From positions 2,704,243 through 2,768,242 of the forward strand of contig CM119270.1 of assembly GCA_051294375.1 (NCBI GenBank): DNA of 64,000 nt, written 5' to 3'. The notes under the pieces were generated by a model. The model was given only the letters and a program-made list of their open reading frames with translations. It had not been told where the DNA came from and ran no database searches. Each line of letters opens with the position of its first letter. The stretch's first letter is position 1. The stretch is from Paraspadella gotoi (taxonomy: Eukaryota > Animalia > Chaetognatha). Shown here piece after piece: positions 49,001-59,726 of this stretch. Position numbers and translations under genes: made by a program.

Positions 49001-51216
49001 CGCTGGGCGCGCGAGGGACGCCGAGGAGCAGATCGGCGACCTTACCCGGGCGCTGCAGGAGTTGGAGGAGAAAGTGAGGGAACTGCACAACGAGAAGGGT
49101 GAGTTTGGGGGAAGATGAGGGAAGAGGAAAAGAAAATGAAGAAAAGTGGAAATTAAATGAAGAGAAAAGATGAATAAAATCTCTCTCTCTCTCTCCTTCC
49201 CCCCTCCAAGACCGCCTCAAAGTCGAGGTCCGCGCCGCTCGCGACATCTGCGGTCAACTGGAAGCGTCTAAAGACCACGCCACTCACGAATGCGAAGCCA
49301 AATCCAGGGAGATCGACGAACTCATTGAGGAAACCTCCAGGTGAGATTGGGTCAGGTAAGGGGAGTTTGGGGGAGGCTGGGTAACGTTAGGAGATGCTAA
49401 GTAAGGTTGGGGGAGGCTTGCTGAGTTTTTTTTAGATTTGGTGACGCCTCTATTTGTTATTTCTCATCATTAACGAATAAACGGACTTTTATTGTTTCCT
49501 AGATGCTAAAAATAAAACGTTTAAAACTCAAATTGTGGATCCATAATTCAATTTTATAAAATGCACACATACGTACAGACTACGAATCCTACTCGACAAA
49601 GCAAACGGCGACGTGAACCAAGAAAAACTGAGAGTTGGTCAGATGGAAGCGAAGATCAAAGACCAAGAGGAAAGATGTTTCCAGTTGCAATTGGCAAATC
49701 AGGTAATAAGCGTCCCGTTCGATCTTTGTTCCTTTAAATTCGTTTCGCCGATAGGCCAGTGGAATATTTATTTCTTCAGTAATATTGTTGAACATTAAAA
49801 ACGAACGGGTATTAATTAGTTATGAGTATTTTATTTTGCATCAATTTAATCTTAAAGTTATATATTGAGATTGACCAACTGGTAAAATCAAAAATGTATC
49901 TTTACGTTTGACTCAAAACAATCGACCAATCCGCCGACTTTGTCACCTCCCCCACCACCGCCCCCCCCCTCCACACCCCCCTTTCTCAGGAAACGGAGAC
50001 TGAGGTCCAAATCCTCCGCGACCGCCTCGCCCTCAACGAATCCACGCTCGGCGCTCAATCTCGCGAAGTCTCTGCTCTGCGGAGCCGCTGCGGAGAGAGC
50101 GACGACGAAGTCCAGCGTCTGCGGAAGCAACTTAGTCGGGAGAGGGTTGACCGGGAGGCGGCGGCGCAGCAGCTGCTGGAGATGAGTTTCAGGTGAGTTT
50201 TGCGGCTGGAGGAGAGTTCAGTGTTCTCGCTCTTCTACAGCAATATAAACATTTTTTCTTTCTTCCAATAAAAATTGTATCTTGCTTCCTGACTTTGGAT
50301 AATGGATATTGGCTAGGCCATGGTAGGTTTAGGCCTTAGGTCAAGATAACAACCTAACAAAACCCAGCAAGCTTTTAAACAAAGTTTTAATAATTTCTAA
50401 TACAATGCTTTCTTCTGAAACGTCACAATATCTCGGTAGGATTTAATAAACACTCTCTGACAGTTGAGAAATTTATTCGTACCTTTCTCGCTCCCTTTTC
50501 TTCCCGCCGTCCCGTGTCTGTTTCTCACTTTGCTCTCCCATCGTCCTTTCAACAACAACTTTGCTGTTTGTTTTTTAATTGAATTTGTATTTGACAAAAA
50601 GCGGGTCCAAGCACCATGAGCTACAGCAGTAGTACTGAACGTCATTTTGAAAAACTTGACTTGACAACAATCCGAGGATTCTAAAGTGAACAAACCATTA
50701 ATCAAAATTAACCAATGAATAACAACACGATTTCTAACCGGGCTAGAATTATTAAAAACATGCTTATAATTGCGCATACCGATCAAATACTCTGGGTTTT
50801 TTATAATTAACTTCATGGTAATTATCCTTTCTTTTTCGTTGTTTGAGAGATTAACATGTGCGCTGATGAAGGCTCGTATTGTGAGCCGAAACATGTCTGC
50901 TCTTTTAAAATAAAATTCGTTGCAAAATAAAATCAAACTTTGTTAATAATTAACTTCAAAAATTAATATTGCACTACGACAACAACAACTCACCCCCCCC
51001 CTTATCCCCCCGCCTTCAAACAGATCCGCGCAGTCTCTAAAAAGCGTCGAGGGCGTCTCACCTCGCAGCCCGGGCGGCGCGTCCTCAGCCGCCGGCCACT
51101 TTCAATCCGTCCCCGGCCGCGGACAACCGAGGGGCAGTCCGACACGAGGCAGCCCTTTGGGGTCGGGATCGGGCAGCCCGACCCACAGAGGGCTGAGGGT
51201 CGATTTCTACGAGTAG
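29843..51216 (+). CDS. CEP135: CEP135/Bld10/TSGA10-family centriolar coiled-coil protein, 17 coding exons, ~1040 aa
   Basis: Exons 29843-30013, 30220-30324, 30450-30535, 30939-31127, 31607-31741, 44059-44284, 44552-44932, 45253-45476 (internal frameshift), 45820-45932, 46216-46524, 46742-46930, 48413-48532, 48879-49098, 49211-49340, 49579-49702, 49990-50192, 51024-51216. Collinear similarity to CEP135 as I recall it, e.g. KVEFLEQTKAELE..TSKNGELVKELEEVDRLSRELE, FEEERDHY, SVQSLTEERDK, DLRRVTSERDSLR, ETEVQILRDRLALNES..QSRE..LRKQLSRER. Confidence 0.82.
30781..30846. repeat. (AAT)n microsatellite
   Basis: Direct reading. Confidence 0.95.
32919..33229 (+). repeat. 5' LTR
   Basis: Matches 42881-43183. 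Contains TATAAATA and AATAAA. Confidence 0.88.
33233..33253 (+). promoter_or_regulatory. Primer-binding site, tRNA-Leu type
   Basis: TGGTGACAGGAGTGG-ATTCGA directly after the 5' LTR; complementary to a tRNA-Leu 3' end (TCGAATCCCACTCCTGNCACCA). Confidence 0.75.
33322..35220 (+). pseudogene. gag region of the Gypsy element (frameshifted)
   Basis: First coding region after the PBS. MHR-like KRRPDESPAEFLRSFYEAF at ~33899-33955 and YGLALVNAAKENFE..AQMLVEALEPYVPGITSET at ~34150-34290. Boundaries approximate. Confidence 0.7.
35700..40300 (+). pseudogene. pol region (protease, RT, RNase H, integrase), frameshifted
   Basis: Protease-like DT(G)ASIN at ~35740 and DIIIGT at ~35940; WDYR at ~36630; YVDDLI at ~37223; RNase H ADASD at ~37692 and VKSEDNPADVFTR at ~38045; integrase HERFGHPG..CDNC at ~39254-39380 with core fragments after it. 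Boundaries approximate. Confidence 0.82.
40634..40925. repeat. ~4 tandem copies of an ~80-bp unit between pol and the env-like ORF
   Basis: AAGTCTTTTTAAAGACTAAGCCCAAAAGTCTTTTTTCAAGACTAT... repeated, each unit with short AGTCTT/AAGACT palindromes. Confidence 0.85.
40943..42860 (+). pseudogene. env-like third ORF (frameshifted)
   Basis: Starts MKFVVIFAWASLA (signal-peptide-like), has Cys-containing fragments, and ends with a hydrophobic stretch (QFILSSLS..LIIGIAIT) plus a Cys cluster at ~42675-42740, before the PPT. Confidence 0.55.
42869..42880 (+). promoter_or_regulatory. Polypurine tract
   Basis: GAGAAGGGGGGA immediately before the 3' LTR. Confidence 0.8.
42881..43183 (+). repeat. 3' LTR
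   Basis: Matches 32919-33229; differences are mostly 1-bp indels. Confidence 0.88.
43186..43625. repeat. Noisy (AAAG)n / A-rich polypurine microsatellite, also on the left of the element at 32808-32918
   Basis: Direct reading. Confidence 0.9.
47252..47766 (-). CDS. Nested antisense two-exon gene: 114-aa protein with signal peptide, 8-Cys domain and GPI-anchor-like tail
   Basis: Exon 1 is 47766-47571 (donor CGG|gtagag) and exon 2 is 47400-47252 (acceptor ctttaacag|), with a phase-1 match. Product: MIRSRIPSNSVLIFAVLAFVVVVVVDG-AKEGPAHCFSNWYCKTKGEMLDPDSKVTFYAEGCCFLPAKQESGCYEKCQDCQLDGGHC-GSGRRSLDKMAVVVAMATLMQCLRFWPV*. AATAAA at 47227-47222. Confidence 0.75.
48718..48860. repeat. Minisatellite, ~23-bp unit x ~6
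   Basis: ACACCCTCTCGACCTCATCC(C/A)TA repeated just upstream of the acceptor at 48878. Confidence 0.92.
50857..50903 (+). ncRNA. Minimal type I hammerhead ribozyme motif (Penelope/retrozyme type)
   Basis: GCG-CUGAUGA-A-GGCUC(guauugu)GAGCC-GAA-ACAUGU-C-UGC: both core boxes, 5-bp stem II, palindromic stem III ACAUGU, GUC cleavage triplet and a short stem I. AATAAA follows. Confidence 0.7.
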
Positions 51217-52152
51217 AAAGGAGGGAGGGGGCGTTCCTCGCTTTCTCTTAAATTAACTTTTAGGCATTAACGATTATATTATTTCTGTTATTAATCTCTA
51301 ATTTATGATTTTCTTTCGTTCGACTACAACGTATATAATTATGTAATTGCTTTTTTATTTTATAACCTTCGTTTCATATTGCGTTTTGACTTTTCTTTTT
51401 TTTATTCTTTGCATGAAAATTTTTGGGGAAAACCAAACTTTTTTTTGTTTCACTTTTGCGATTTCGTTCTCCGACTCTAATCTGACTTTGGTTTATCTTT
51501 AACTGAAAACCGTAACCATTTTTTGCTCTCATTTTTTGTTTTACATTTCACATTTTACATACAACTTGTTTTATTTATTCGTAAATAAATAATGGACTCT
51601 CGATTAACAATTTATTTCTTTATTGCAGTTAGTGTATTTAGGTTATTTATGACAGTCAGTAACAGTCGGAAACATTCTCAAAATTTTGGATTTAATTACA
51701 TAATTTGAGCAGAAAGGGAGATGTTGTTTTTACTTTATAATATATAGTAAAATAATAATATATAATATACCATGTCTCATTTATTTTCGCGAAACGACTG
51801 AAGGAACATAACTTGACTGTGATGTTTTCACTATGAGTCAGTGTGAGAGTCATCATCTCGCGTCCGTGACTTTTTTGACCCTCAGAGCAGCGATAACGAC
51901 GACCCTGGCGGAACAACTTGAGAATAGTCGAGGATAATGAAAAAACAAAACAAAAAAAAATAAAATAACACAAATCGAAAGAAAAAGAGAAAGAAAAAGA
52001 AGTGTTAGCTTCTCTTCAAACATTTGAGTGAGGGAAATCTATTCTCTCATTTCCTTTTTTTTTTCTTTCCTTCTTTCATTTATCTATATCATCAACGCGG
52101 TCGCTGGCTGCAGGAGCAGCAGACCCAGCGGAGCAGCCGACGAATCCTGGAA

Positions 52153-52490
52153 GCCTTTCTCACCATAGACCTTACCCAAAACTCTAGACCATGGACCATT
52201 GACCAATCAGAGAGGATGAAAAAGGGAACAATGGGGCTGTTGGCGAATGGGGATCAAGGCAGGGACCAATGTGGGGTCAGGGGATGCGTCTCACAAAATA
52301 GAACATGCTTGATGTGAATTTATAATTCAGTTGGTTCTTTGGGCTCACGAAAGAAAGAGCTAACGATTTTCTGCCTCACCTTTTGTAAATGCTACTGATT
52401 ACTATAGTGCTAATAATATACACTTGTTTTGAACATTAATTTGAAATATTATATTTCTCGTTAAAAACTGCATTTGAGTTAAGGTCGATG
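52153..52490 (+). repeat. Diverged direct copy of the gag-like ORF's 3' end and downstream sequence (57013-57344)
   Basis: ~340 bp, roughly 85-90% identical by eye. Encodes AFLTIDLTQNSRP versus AYLEIDLTKKSKP; the stop TGA is TGG in this copy. Confidence 0.9.
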
Positions 52491-52505
52491 TGTTGGCATG
52501 CTCAT

Positions 52506-55159
52506 TAAGGCGTAGTGAAAGTTACATACGAAAATTCTAAAAGTCAATTATGAATAACATACCATCAGTGAACATAAGACCTTGCCATATATGAAAAGTT
52601 TTGAAATCAAAAAACAAGTATGAATTTTTTGAACATTTTTTTTCAAAAAAAAATTTACAGTAAATGCTGCCAACTTTGAAAAAAATGAAAAAAAATGGTA
52701 AAAAATGGACACTTTGCTAAATATCTTTAAAAGCTTTATTGCTAGAGGGACGAAACCCAAACTATCTTGTAGAGCGGAAAAAATTGACCATGTTACATAC
52801 CTTGCATTATAAAATAAGTGAATTTTTTACTAAGGAAAAGTTTTTTTAAAACCTATTGTTTTGGGCAATTTTATAAAAAATCTTAAAAAAATGATATTTT
52901 TAAACATGTTTGTGAAATATTTTTGTAAAAAAAATTACGACGAATTGAATAAAAAAATAATTGCCTTTGTTTTGCTGAAAGAATTTTTAAAAAGGATTAT
53001 AGGTTAAAAAGTTATAATTTTTTTAAATTAAAAAAAAATCACTTTTCTAATAATTATTTTTATTTAATAGGTTTGAACTAGGCTAAAGGAAAAAGGGAAT
53101 GCACTTTCTCTCAGAGTAAATAAAAAAATAGTAAATTCTGATTTGACAATGGGTAACTTTAATATTTTGTCTAACCAGGTCATTAAATTTTTTTTAAAAT
53201 TTTTATCATTTTATAATGGAATTATGACTTTCAAATAAGGTAGTTTTTAAAAAATTTTTATATAAAAGAAAAAGAAAAATTGACAAAAGCGATTAAATTA
53301 TTAAAAATTATAAAATGAGACAAAAAGAGTAAAATTAATGAAAGTTAAGCAACTGAGAGAAGAGTTGCTTGCTGCTTACCGATCGAGAAAAAAAAAGTCA
53401 TCATCTAGAGTGCCAAAGAAAGAAAACTAGTTATTCTATTTTTTTCATAAATTACCTTTGTCAAGCTAGTTCCAGAACTGAGTTGAATTATAATTTGTGT
53501 TAAATATATTGCTTAATCAAAGGTTGTAAAAGACTTGGAAAAATATATTAAAGCTTGCTTGATTAATTTAAGAATAGATCCGACTTGTTGATAAATTCAT
53601 CAACTATAAAAGATATGAAATGAATAAAAATCAAAGATGAATGAAAAATTATATTTATTTCAAAACTAAATCGACTATTTACAATAGACTTAATTATTAA
53701 CTATAAATCTTGAATAGATAACAAAAAAATAGAATAACTAGTTTTCTTTCTTTGGCACTATACCTTTTTTTCTCGACCGGCAAGCTGCAAGCAACTCTTT
53801 TTTTCAGTTATTTAACTTTCATTAATTTTACTCTTTGTCTCATTTTATCAATTTTTAATCATTAATCGCTTTTGTCAATTTTTTCTTTATATTTATATAT
53901 AGAAAAAAAAATAAAAAAATATCTTATTTAAAAGTCATAATTCATTATAAAATGATAAAAATTTAAAAAAAACTTTAATGACCTGGTGAGACAAAATATT
54001 AAAGTTACCCATTGTCAAATCAGAATTTACTATTTTTTTTATTTACTCTGAGAAAAAGTACATTCCCTTTTTACCTTGAGCCTAGTTCAAAACTATTAAA
54101 TAAAAATAATTATTAAGGAAAGTGATTTTTTTTTAATTTAAAAAAATTATAACTTTTTAACCGATAATCCTTTTTTAAAAATTCTTTCAGCAAAACAAAG
54201 GCAATTATTTCTTTATTCAATTCGCATAATTTTTTTTACAAAATATTTCACGAACTTGTTAAAAATATCATTTTTAAAATTTTTATCAAAAATTGGCCAA
54301 AACAATAAGTTATAAAAAAAATTTTACTTAGTAAAAAATTCACTTAATTTATAATGCAAGGTATGTAACATAGTCAATTTTTTTCACTTACAGATAGTTT
54401 GGGTTTCGTCCCTCTCGCAATAAAGCTTATAAAGATATTTAGCAAAAAGTCCATTTTTTACCATTTTTTTCATTTTTTTTCAAAGTTGGCAGCATTTACT
54501 GTAAATTTTTTTTTTTTAAAATGTTCAAAAAATTCATATGATGTATGGCACCTTTTACACAATACTCCGTTTTTTATTTCAAAACTTTTCATATATGGCA
54601 AGGTCTAGTGAACATTAATTGTGTAAAAAAAAATAATTTTATGTTTTTTAATTTTCGCAGTAGGCTATATTTATATATAGTACTATCCTTATAAAATCGA
54701 AAAAAATTCAAAATAGGCTTTTCTTATTTTTGATTGCCGATTTGAATTCCTCGTCAAAAGTTGATAAAAGAAAATATAAATCATTTTTAAAAAATATTTC
54801 ATTAAGTGGGTTAAAATTTAAAAAAATTATATTTAATATATAAAAAGTTAATTTTCAGTTTAAAATATAGCTTTTTCTAATTTTTGACCTACTTAATGAA
54901 AGATTTTTTTTAAAAGAGTTATATTTCTTTTCATGAACTTTTTATGACGAATCCAAATCTGCAAAAAAATATTTTAAAAAAGTATTTTGAAATTTTAATA
55001 TTTATTGGTTTTGTACTAGTATAAATACGGCCTACTGCGTAAATTGTAAGATTTATTATAAATTTTTTTATTACATAAATGTTGATTAGTATAATGTTGT
55101 TCGTTCCTCATTTTTAGAATTTTAATTAAAGTTAAATTTAGAAATTTTACTACGCCTTA
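52506..55159. mobile_element. Non-autonomous DNA transposon (hAT/P-like), TIR TAAGGCGTAGT, 8-bp TSD ATGCTCAT
   Basis: ATGCTCAT at 52498-52505 and 55160-55167. Ends are TAAGGCGTAGTGAAA / TTTTACTACGCCTTA. Internal palindrome at ~54652-55045. No transposase. Confidence 0.85.
52577..54606. mobile_element. Nested fold-back (Mutator/FB-like) element with ~870-bp inverted arms and TSD AGTGAACAT
   Basis: Arms at ~52577-53445 and ~53724-54606 are reverse complements (hence the mirrored MGFVPLAIKL ORFs). AGTGAACAT at 52567-52575 and 54607-54615. Confidence 0.85.
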
Positions 55160-55485
55160 ATGCTCATTGCTCAAGTCATTTTCAAGATTCTGAAAGAAAC
55201 TTCGAAAATCGAATATCAAAAGAAAATCGTTTGCGAAACGAAACTTTGAAAATCGAAAATCGAAATCGCCCCACGCTTAAATCAACTACGCCACCGCTCC
55301 CACGCGAGAAATAAAGCAACATTCCAAAGCAAATCTGCTGTGAAAAAAAAACAAAACAAGAACTCTAAAATCCAACACACGCAACAACAAAGATTGACGC
55401 AATTAGAAGATCCGCGTCATTGACGAAACTTAGCAAGGTCGTCGAAAGACTGACATCAAGGAAAAGAAGGACCGAAACGGAAGAA

Positions 55486-57084
55486 ATGGCGGAAGGCTCG
55501 AACCCCTCGGCCACCTCCTTCACCTCACCGAAAAACCCGGCGTTTGTGAAAGGCCAAGACGACAGCGACATGGAAAACGACAGCGAAAACATCGCCGCCG
55601 GCTTGAGCAAATTGACCGTAGACGACAACGCCGAGCGGGGAAAGGCAGCCGACGTCAAGGCAGAGGAATGGGATAAGCCCAACGCCGAGGCAGAAGCGGA
55701 GACCACACCGAAAACCCTTGTGGACGATCAACTCCATTGCCTAACCTTCGACGACAACCTCCGCAATGTCGCGAGCGGAAAAGGTGGCGACCAAGGCAAA
55801 GCTATCGGAGAAGTCCTCCGACTCGTCAACTCCAACAAGATCGACAACCTGGAAATAGCCAAGAGGATTGGCCATATGCAGGCCACGCTGGAAAACCTGG
55901 AAAAGATGGTCGCCCAGACGAACGCCGACCTTGCCGAAATGAAAGGCGCGAGGCAAAAAGAGAGACAAGGCGCCCAGGACCGACGTGGACGCCGCCGAAG
56001 GAGCTCCCATAGCGAGGACGAGGCCATCGACGGAAGACGGAACCGGGATCTCAGCTGGGAAACCGGTCGCGACGCCAGTCGCGATTCCAGTTGCCGAGCC
56101 TCCGTCTCCTCTGGCGAAACGATTGCCCGCGCGGAAAACATCAAGATCGAGAAGAGGCGAGCCGGCGAAAGTCCCCAGGACTTCCTCTGGGGCATATACC
56201 AATCGTTCCTCGGACGCACCGTCGACCTACGCAAGATCGACGAACAGCTGCAAGCTGTGTTCATGAGAGATTACGAGGTCAGTTGTCTCGTGGACCCGAT
56301 CGGCGGCAGCCTGTACCTAGGACTGTGCGACGTGATCGAATCGAAGTCAAGCAGCGCATCCGAAGTGGCGGACCGAATCCACGTCAAAATCGACCCGGAA
56401 GTGCATGCAAGAGATGGACTCTCTCTCGTCAACGAAGTATACAGGAGGTTCGACGTCGTGGCTCTCGAGGAACGTGGAGCGGTCCCCATACACACTGCGC
56501 GGCTGCTCACCAAAGCTTTGACGCCCTACTCACCAGGCATCGTCCGAGAGACGATGGATTTCCGCGCCCACATCGAAGCAGGGAGGAGAAAGGAGCTTGG
56601 GAAACGAATCGAATGGATCCTCCAAGATTGGCTGGAATTCCACAGACGAAAGGGTCTCTCCGAGAAAAACCCCGCCGACGGCGCCAACGCCCCGTACCGA
56701 GGCGCGATGCTCCAAGAGACGAATAATTCGAGGGGACTCCTGGAGAAACTGAGCAAGGACGTCGCCACCCTGGTGAAAGAAAAAGAAGACCTTGGAGATG
56801 ATCGTCAATGGCGCGTGGGTACGAGTTGCGGCTACTGGACCTGGGACGAAGGCCGAGATCGCCGCGACGCTTGGGACGAAGGCGTCTGGCAGGAAAGGGG
56901 AAAACACCGCACGAGCAGATGTTATTCAAGACGTAGTAGAGACTTCTTAGTTGTTGATTATGCCGAGAGCGACTATTGTAATGACGAAATTTGGTACAAC
57001 CAGCCTAAAGCAGCCTACCTCGAGATAGACCTTACCAAAAAATCTAAACCAAAAAATCAGAGAAGAGGGAAAAGGGAACAATGA
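55486..57084 (+). CDS. Intronless stand-alone Gypsy Gag-like protein, 532 aa from the first ATG
   Basis: Uninterrupted ORF with an N-terminal disordered/coiled-coil part. IEKRRAGESPQDFLWGIYQSF and DGLSLVNEVYRRFDVV..ARLLTKALTPYSPGIVRET align with the Gag of the element at 33.9-34.4 kb. No protease or RT follows. Confidence 0.8.
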   Translation: MAEGSNPSATSFTSPKNPAFVKGQDDSDMENDSENIAAGLSKLTVDDNAERGKAADVKAEEWDKPNAEAEAETTPKTLVDDQLHCLTFDDNLRNVASGKGGDQGKAIGEVLRLVNSNKIDNLEIAKRIGHMQATLENLEKMVAQTNADLAEMKGARQKERQGAQDRRGRRRRSSHSEDEAIDGRRNRDLSWETGRDASRDSSCRASVSSGETIARAENIKIEKRRAGESPQDFLWGIYQSFLGRTVDLRKIDEQLQAVFMRDYEVSCLVDPIGGSLYLGLCDVIESKSSSASEVADRIHVKIDPEVHARDGLSLVNEVYRRFDVVALEERGAVPIHTARLLTKALTPYSPGIVRETMDFRAHIEAGRRKELGKRIEWILQDWLEFHRRKGLSEKNPADGANAPYRGAMLQETNNSRGLLEKLSKDVATLVKEKEDLGDDRQWRVGTSCGYWTWDEGRDRRDAWDEGVWQERGKHRTSRCYSRRSRDFLVVDYAESDYCNDEIWYNQPKAAYLEIDLTKKSKPKNQRRGKREQ

Positions 57085-58293
57085 GGCCGTGAGCGAATGG
57101 GGATCAAGGCAGGGACCAATGTGGGGTCAGGGGATGCGTTTCACAAAATAGAAGTAGATGCTTGATGTGAATTTAGAATTAAAGTTGGTTCTTCACGCTC
57201 ACAAAAGAAAGAGCTCATGATTGTTTGCCTCACCTTTTGTAAATGCTAATGATTATTATAGTACTAATAATATACTCTTGTTTTGAACATTAATTCGATG
57301 TATTATATTTCTCGTTAAAAATGGCATTTGAGTTAACGTCGATGATATAATTAAATATTTGTATACATAAATATATAAATATTATTTTCTTTTATTTATT
57401 CTCCTCTCATCTTCCCTCCTTTTTTATTTATTTCATTTCCTTACCATCCCTAAGCTGCTGCCACTTTTACTCCGCCACCTTAACCTATCTAGTCTCCACC
57501 CCCTACCCCGCCTCTCCCTCACCATCTCAATTCAACGAAAAAGAAAAAAAGAAATTACTTCTATTTTATTCTGTCTCTCTCTCACTCTCTCTCTCCCTCT
57601 TTCTCTCTTTTTCCCTCTTCTCTTTCTCTCTAACTTTCTCTCTCCCTCTCTCTATATAGGCGGACAGAGGAAGGAGCAGGGCGTTAACCTGGAGGCCCTT
57701 TTTCAAAATATAACATTGTGCCCCCTCTTCTCTATCCCCTCTCTCTTTCTCCCCTCTCTCTCTCTATCTCTCTCTCTCTCTCTGACCCCCTCTCCTCCTC
57801 TCTCTCTCCTCCTCCCTTCTCTCTTTTTCCCTCTCTTGGCGCCGAAGAAGGATTTAAGAGCAACTGGTTTGAAAACAAACACTGCATCACTCGTAAGGTG
57901 ACCGACGACGACGACTATAAGGACGACGACGTCCACGACGACGAAGAGGACGACGACGACGACGAAGCGGACGACGAACGACGACGAAGAGGACAGACGA
58001 CGACGAAGAGGACGAGACGACGGACCGAGCGAGACCGAAAAAGAGATCATGTTCCACGTCCCAGGCTCGCGCGCTCAGCTAGTGCCATGGAATAAGAAAG
58101 ACGACGACGATGACGACGACGACGACGTCGCAAGCTCGCGCGCGTCTTAAAAACCACATGCGATTCGTGAAACGAGTTACGTCACGAGATTCGATAAAAA
58201 TTCGTTTAATTTTAGATAAAATTCGATAAAAAAATATCGATGAAATTCGATAAAATGTGATAAAAGACGACGGATTTTGTAACATTTTTTGGC

Positions 58294-58324
<31 letters not shown>

Positions 58325-58385
58325 GGAAAGACGATTATTGATTGCTCTTCTTGTCTCTTTCTTTCTCTCTATCCTAATTTCTTTT

Positions 58386-58436
<51 letters not shown>

Positions 58437-58951
58437 CTCTCTCTCTCCGCTCTCTCTTCTCTCTCTCCTCTTGTAAACCCACAAAATGGATCAATTTCTC
58501 CTCTTTTTCAAATTTAACAGCTCATAAGTACAGTACATCTTCTTAACTCGATTAAAAATTACGTAATTTCATCTTTCATTCTTAATTTTCTTAATTAACT
58601 TCCACGAAAATAAAAAAATTTCAATTCTCAGTTCAAAAATTCTCTTTTTTGAAATGTTTATCTCTCCGCCCGACTGCGCCCCTCAGAGACGCAACACAAC
58701 AATGCCCTCGGTCCTGTTTTTTCGCTTTGACGTGATGTCGTTCGTTACGTGCGGACGATAACGCGATTGCGCGTGAGAATTTGAAAATTTCAACGCGCGT
58801 ACATTTTCAGACCTCAACAGAAAAAAAATGGCATCTTGACTTTTGTGTAAAGATTTTACTGTCCAGTCAGCAATGTCTCGATGGGTAATTCTGGGAAAGA
58901 TAGTATTTGTATGATGGGAGTGACGGAGGGGGACAGAGCCGACAGAGATTT

Positions 58952-59026
<75 letters not shown>

Positions 59027-59661
59027 AAGAAAAGAGAGATGAAAAGTAGGCAAATAGAAAGGAAAAGACAGATAGAGATAAAGAAAGGACGACCGCTGAT
59101 ATGAAAGAGAAGAAAGAGGGAGAGAGAGAGAGATCTCTTCTCTTCCAATTCTTGATTCCCTTCATTTCGTCAATCCAGACTTTCTATTAAGCGACGCGTT
59201 ATTAATAATCTCGAATCTCGAGTCACTCTCTCTCGCGATCGCAACCGGGTTGCAGTCAATTTCACACTTGATCGCATCTAATCCACTTTCCGACTTTCGG
59301 TTGATCGCATTTCAATTTTCTCCGACGTCAAAGTCGATGCCTGATCGCATTTTTGACTGTATATTTGCGATTGCATTTCTCATTTTCTTTTTTTTTTTCG
59401 AAGTATTTATTTCATTCACCTTTGATGATTTCATTTTTCACAATGACTCCTTTTATAATTCTTTCTTGACTTTTTCGGCTCAAACGTTTCTACGCTCAAG
59501 GATTACGGGTCAGAATGGAACATGAGACCTTGTGGTCATGAGTCGATGGCTTAAGTCAATGAGCCACCGGGTCAGAACTGCGTTGTAAAGGAAAGACGAA
59601 AGGAAAAGGTCAATTATCCTCAGTTGTCACAAACTCTGATTTCACTAACCGATGGGATAGA

Positions 59662-59726
59662 GAATGTTAAAAAATGTTAAAGAATGTTAAAAAATGTTAA
59701 AGAATGTTAAAAAATGTTAAAGAATG
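59662..59726. repeat. Tandem 10/20-bp repeat (AATGTTAAAA/G)
   Basis: Direct reading. Confidence 0.85.

Noticed and set aside
50397-50936. 179-aa minus-strand ORF
   Set aside because: No protein-like features and no host-like GC bias. Its DMFRL..AFIS segment is just the antisense of the hammerhead motif.
57718-58095. Acidic/basic ORF (DDDDYKDDDV...)
   Set aside because: Built from (GAC)n and CT low-complexity sequence, with a non-ATG start and no supported splice partners.
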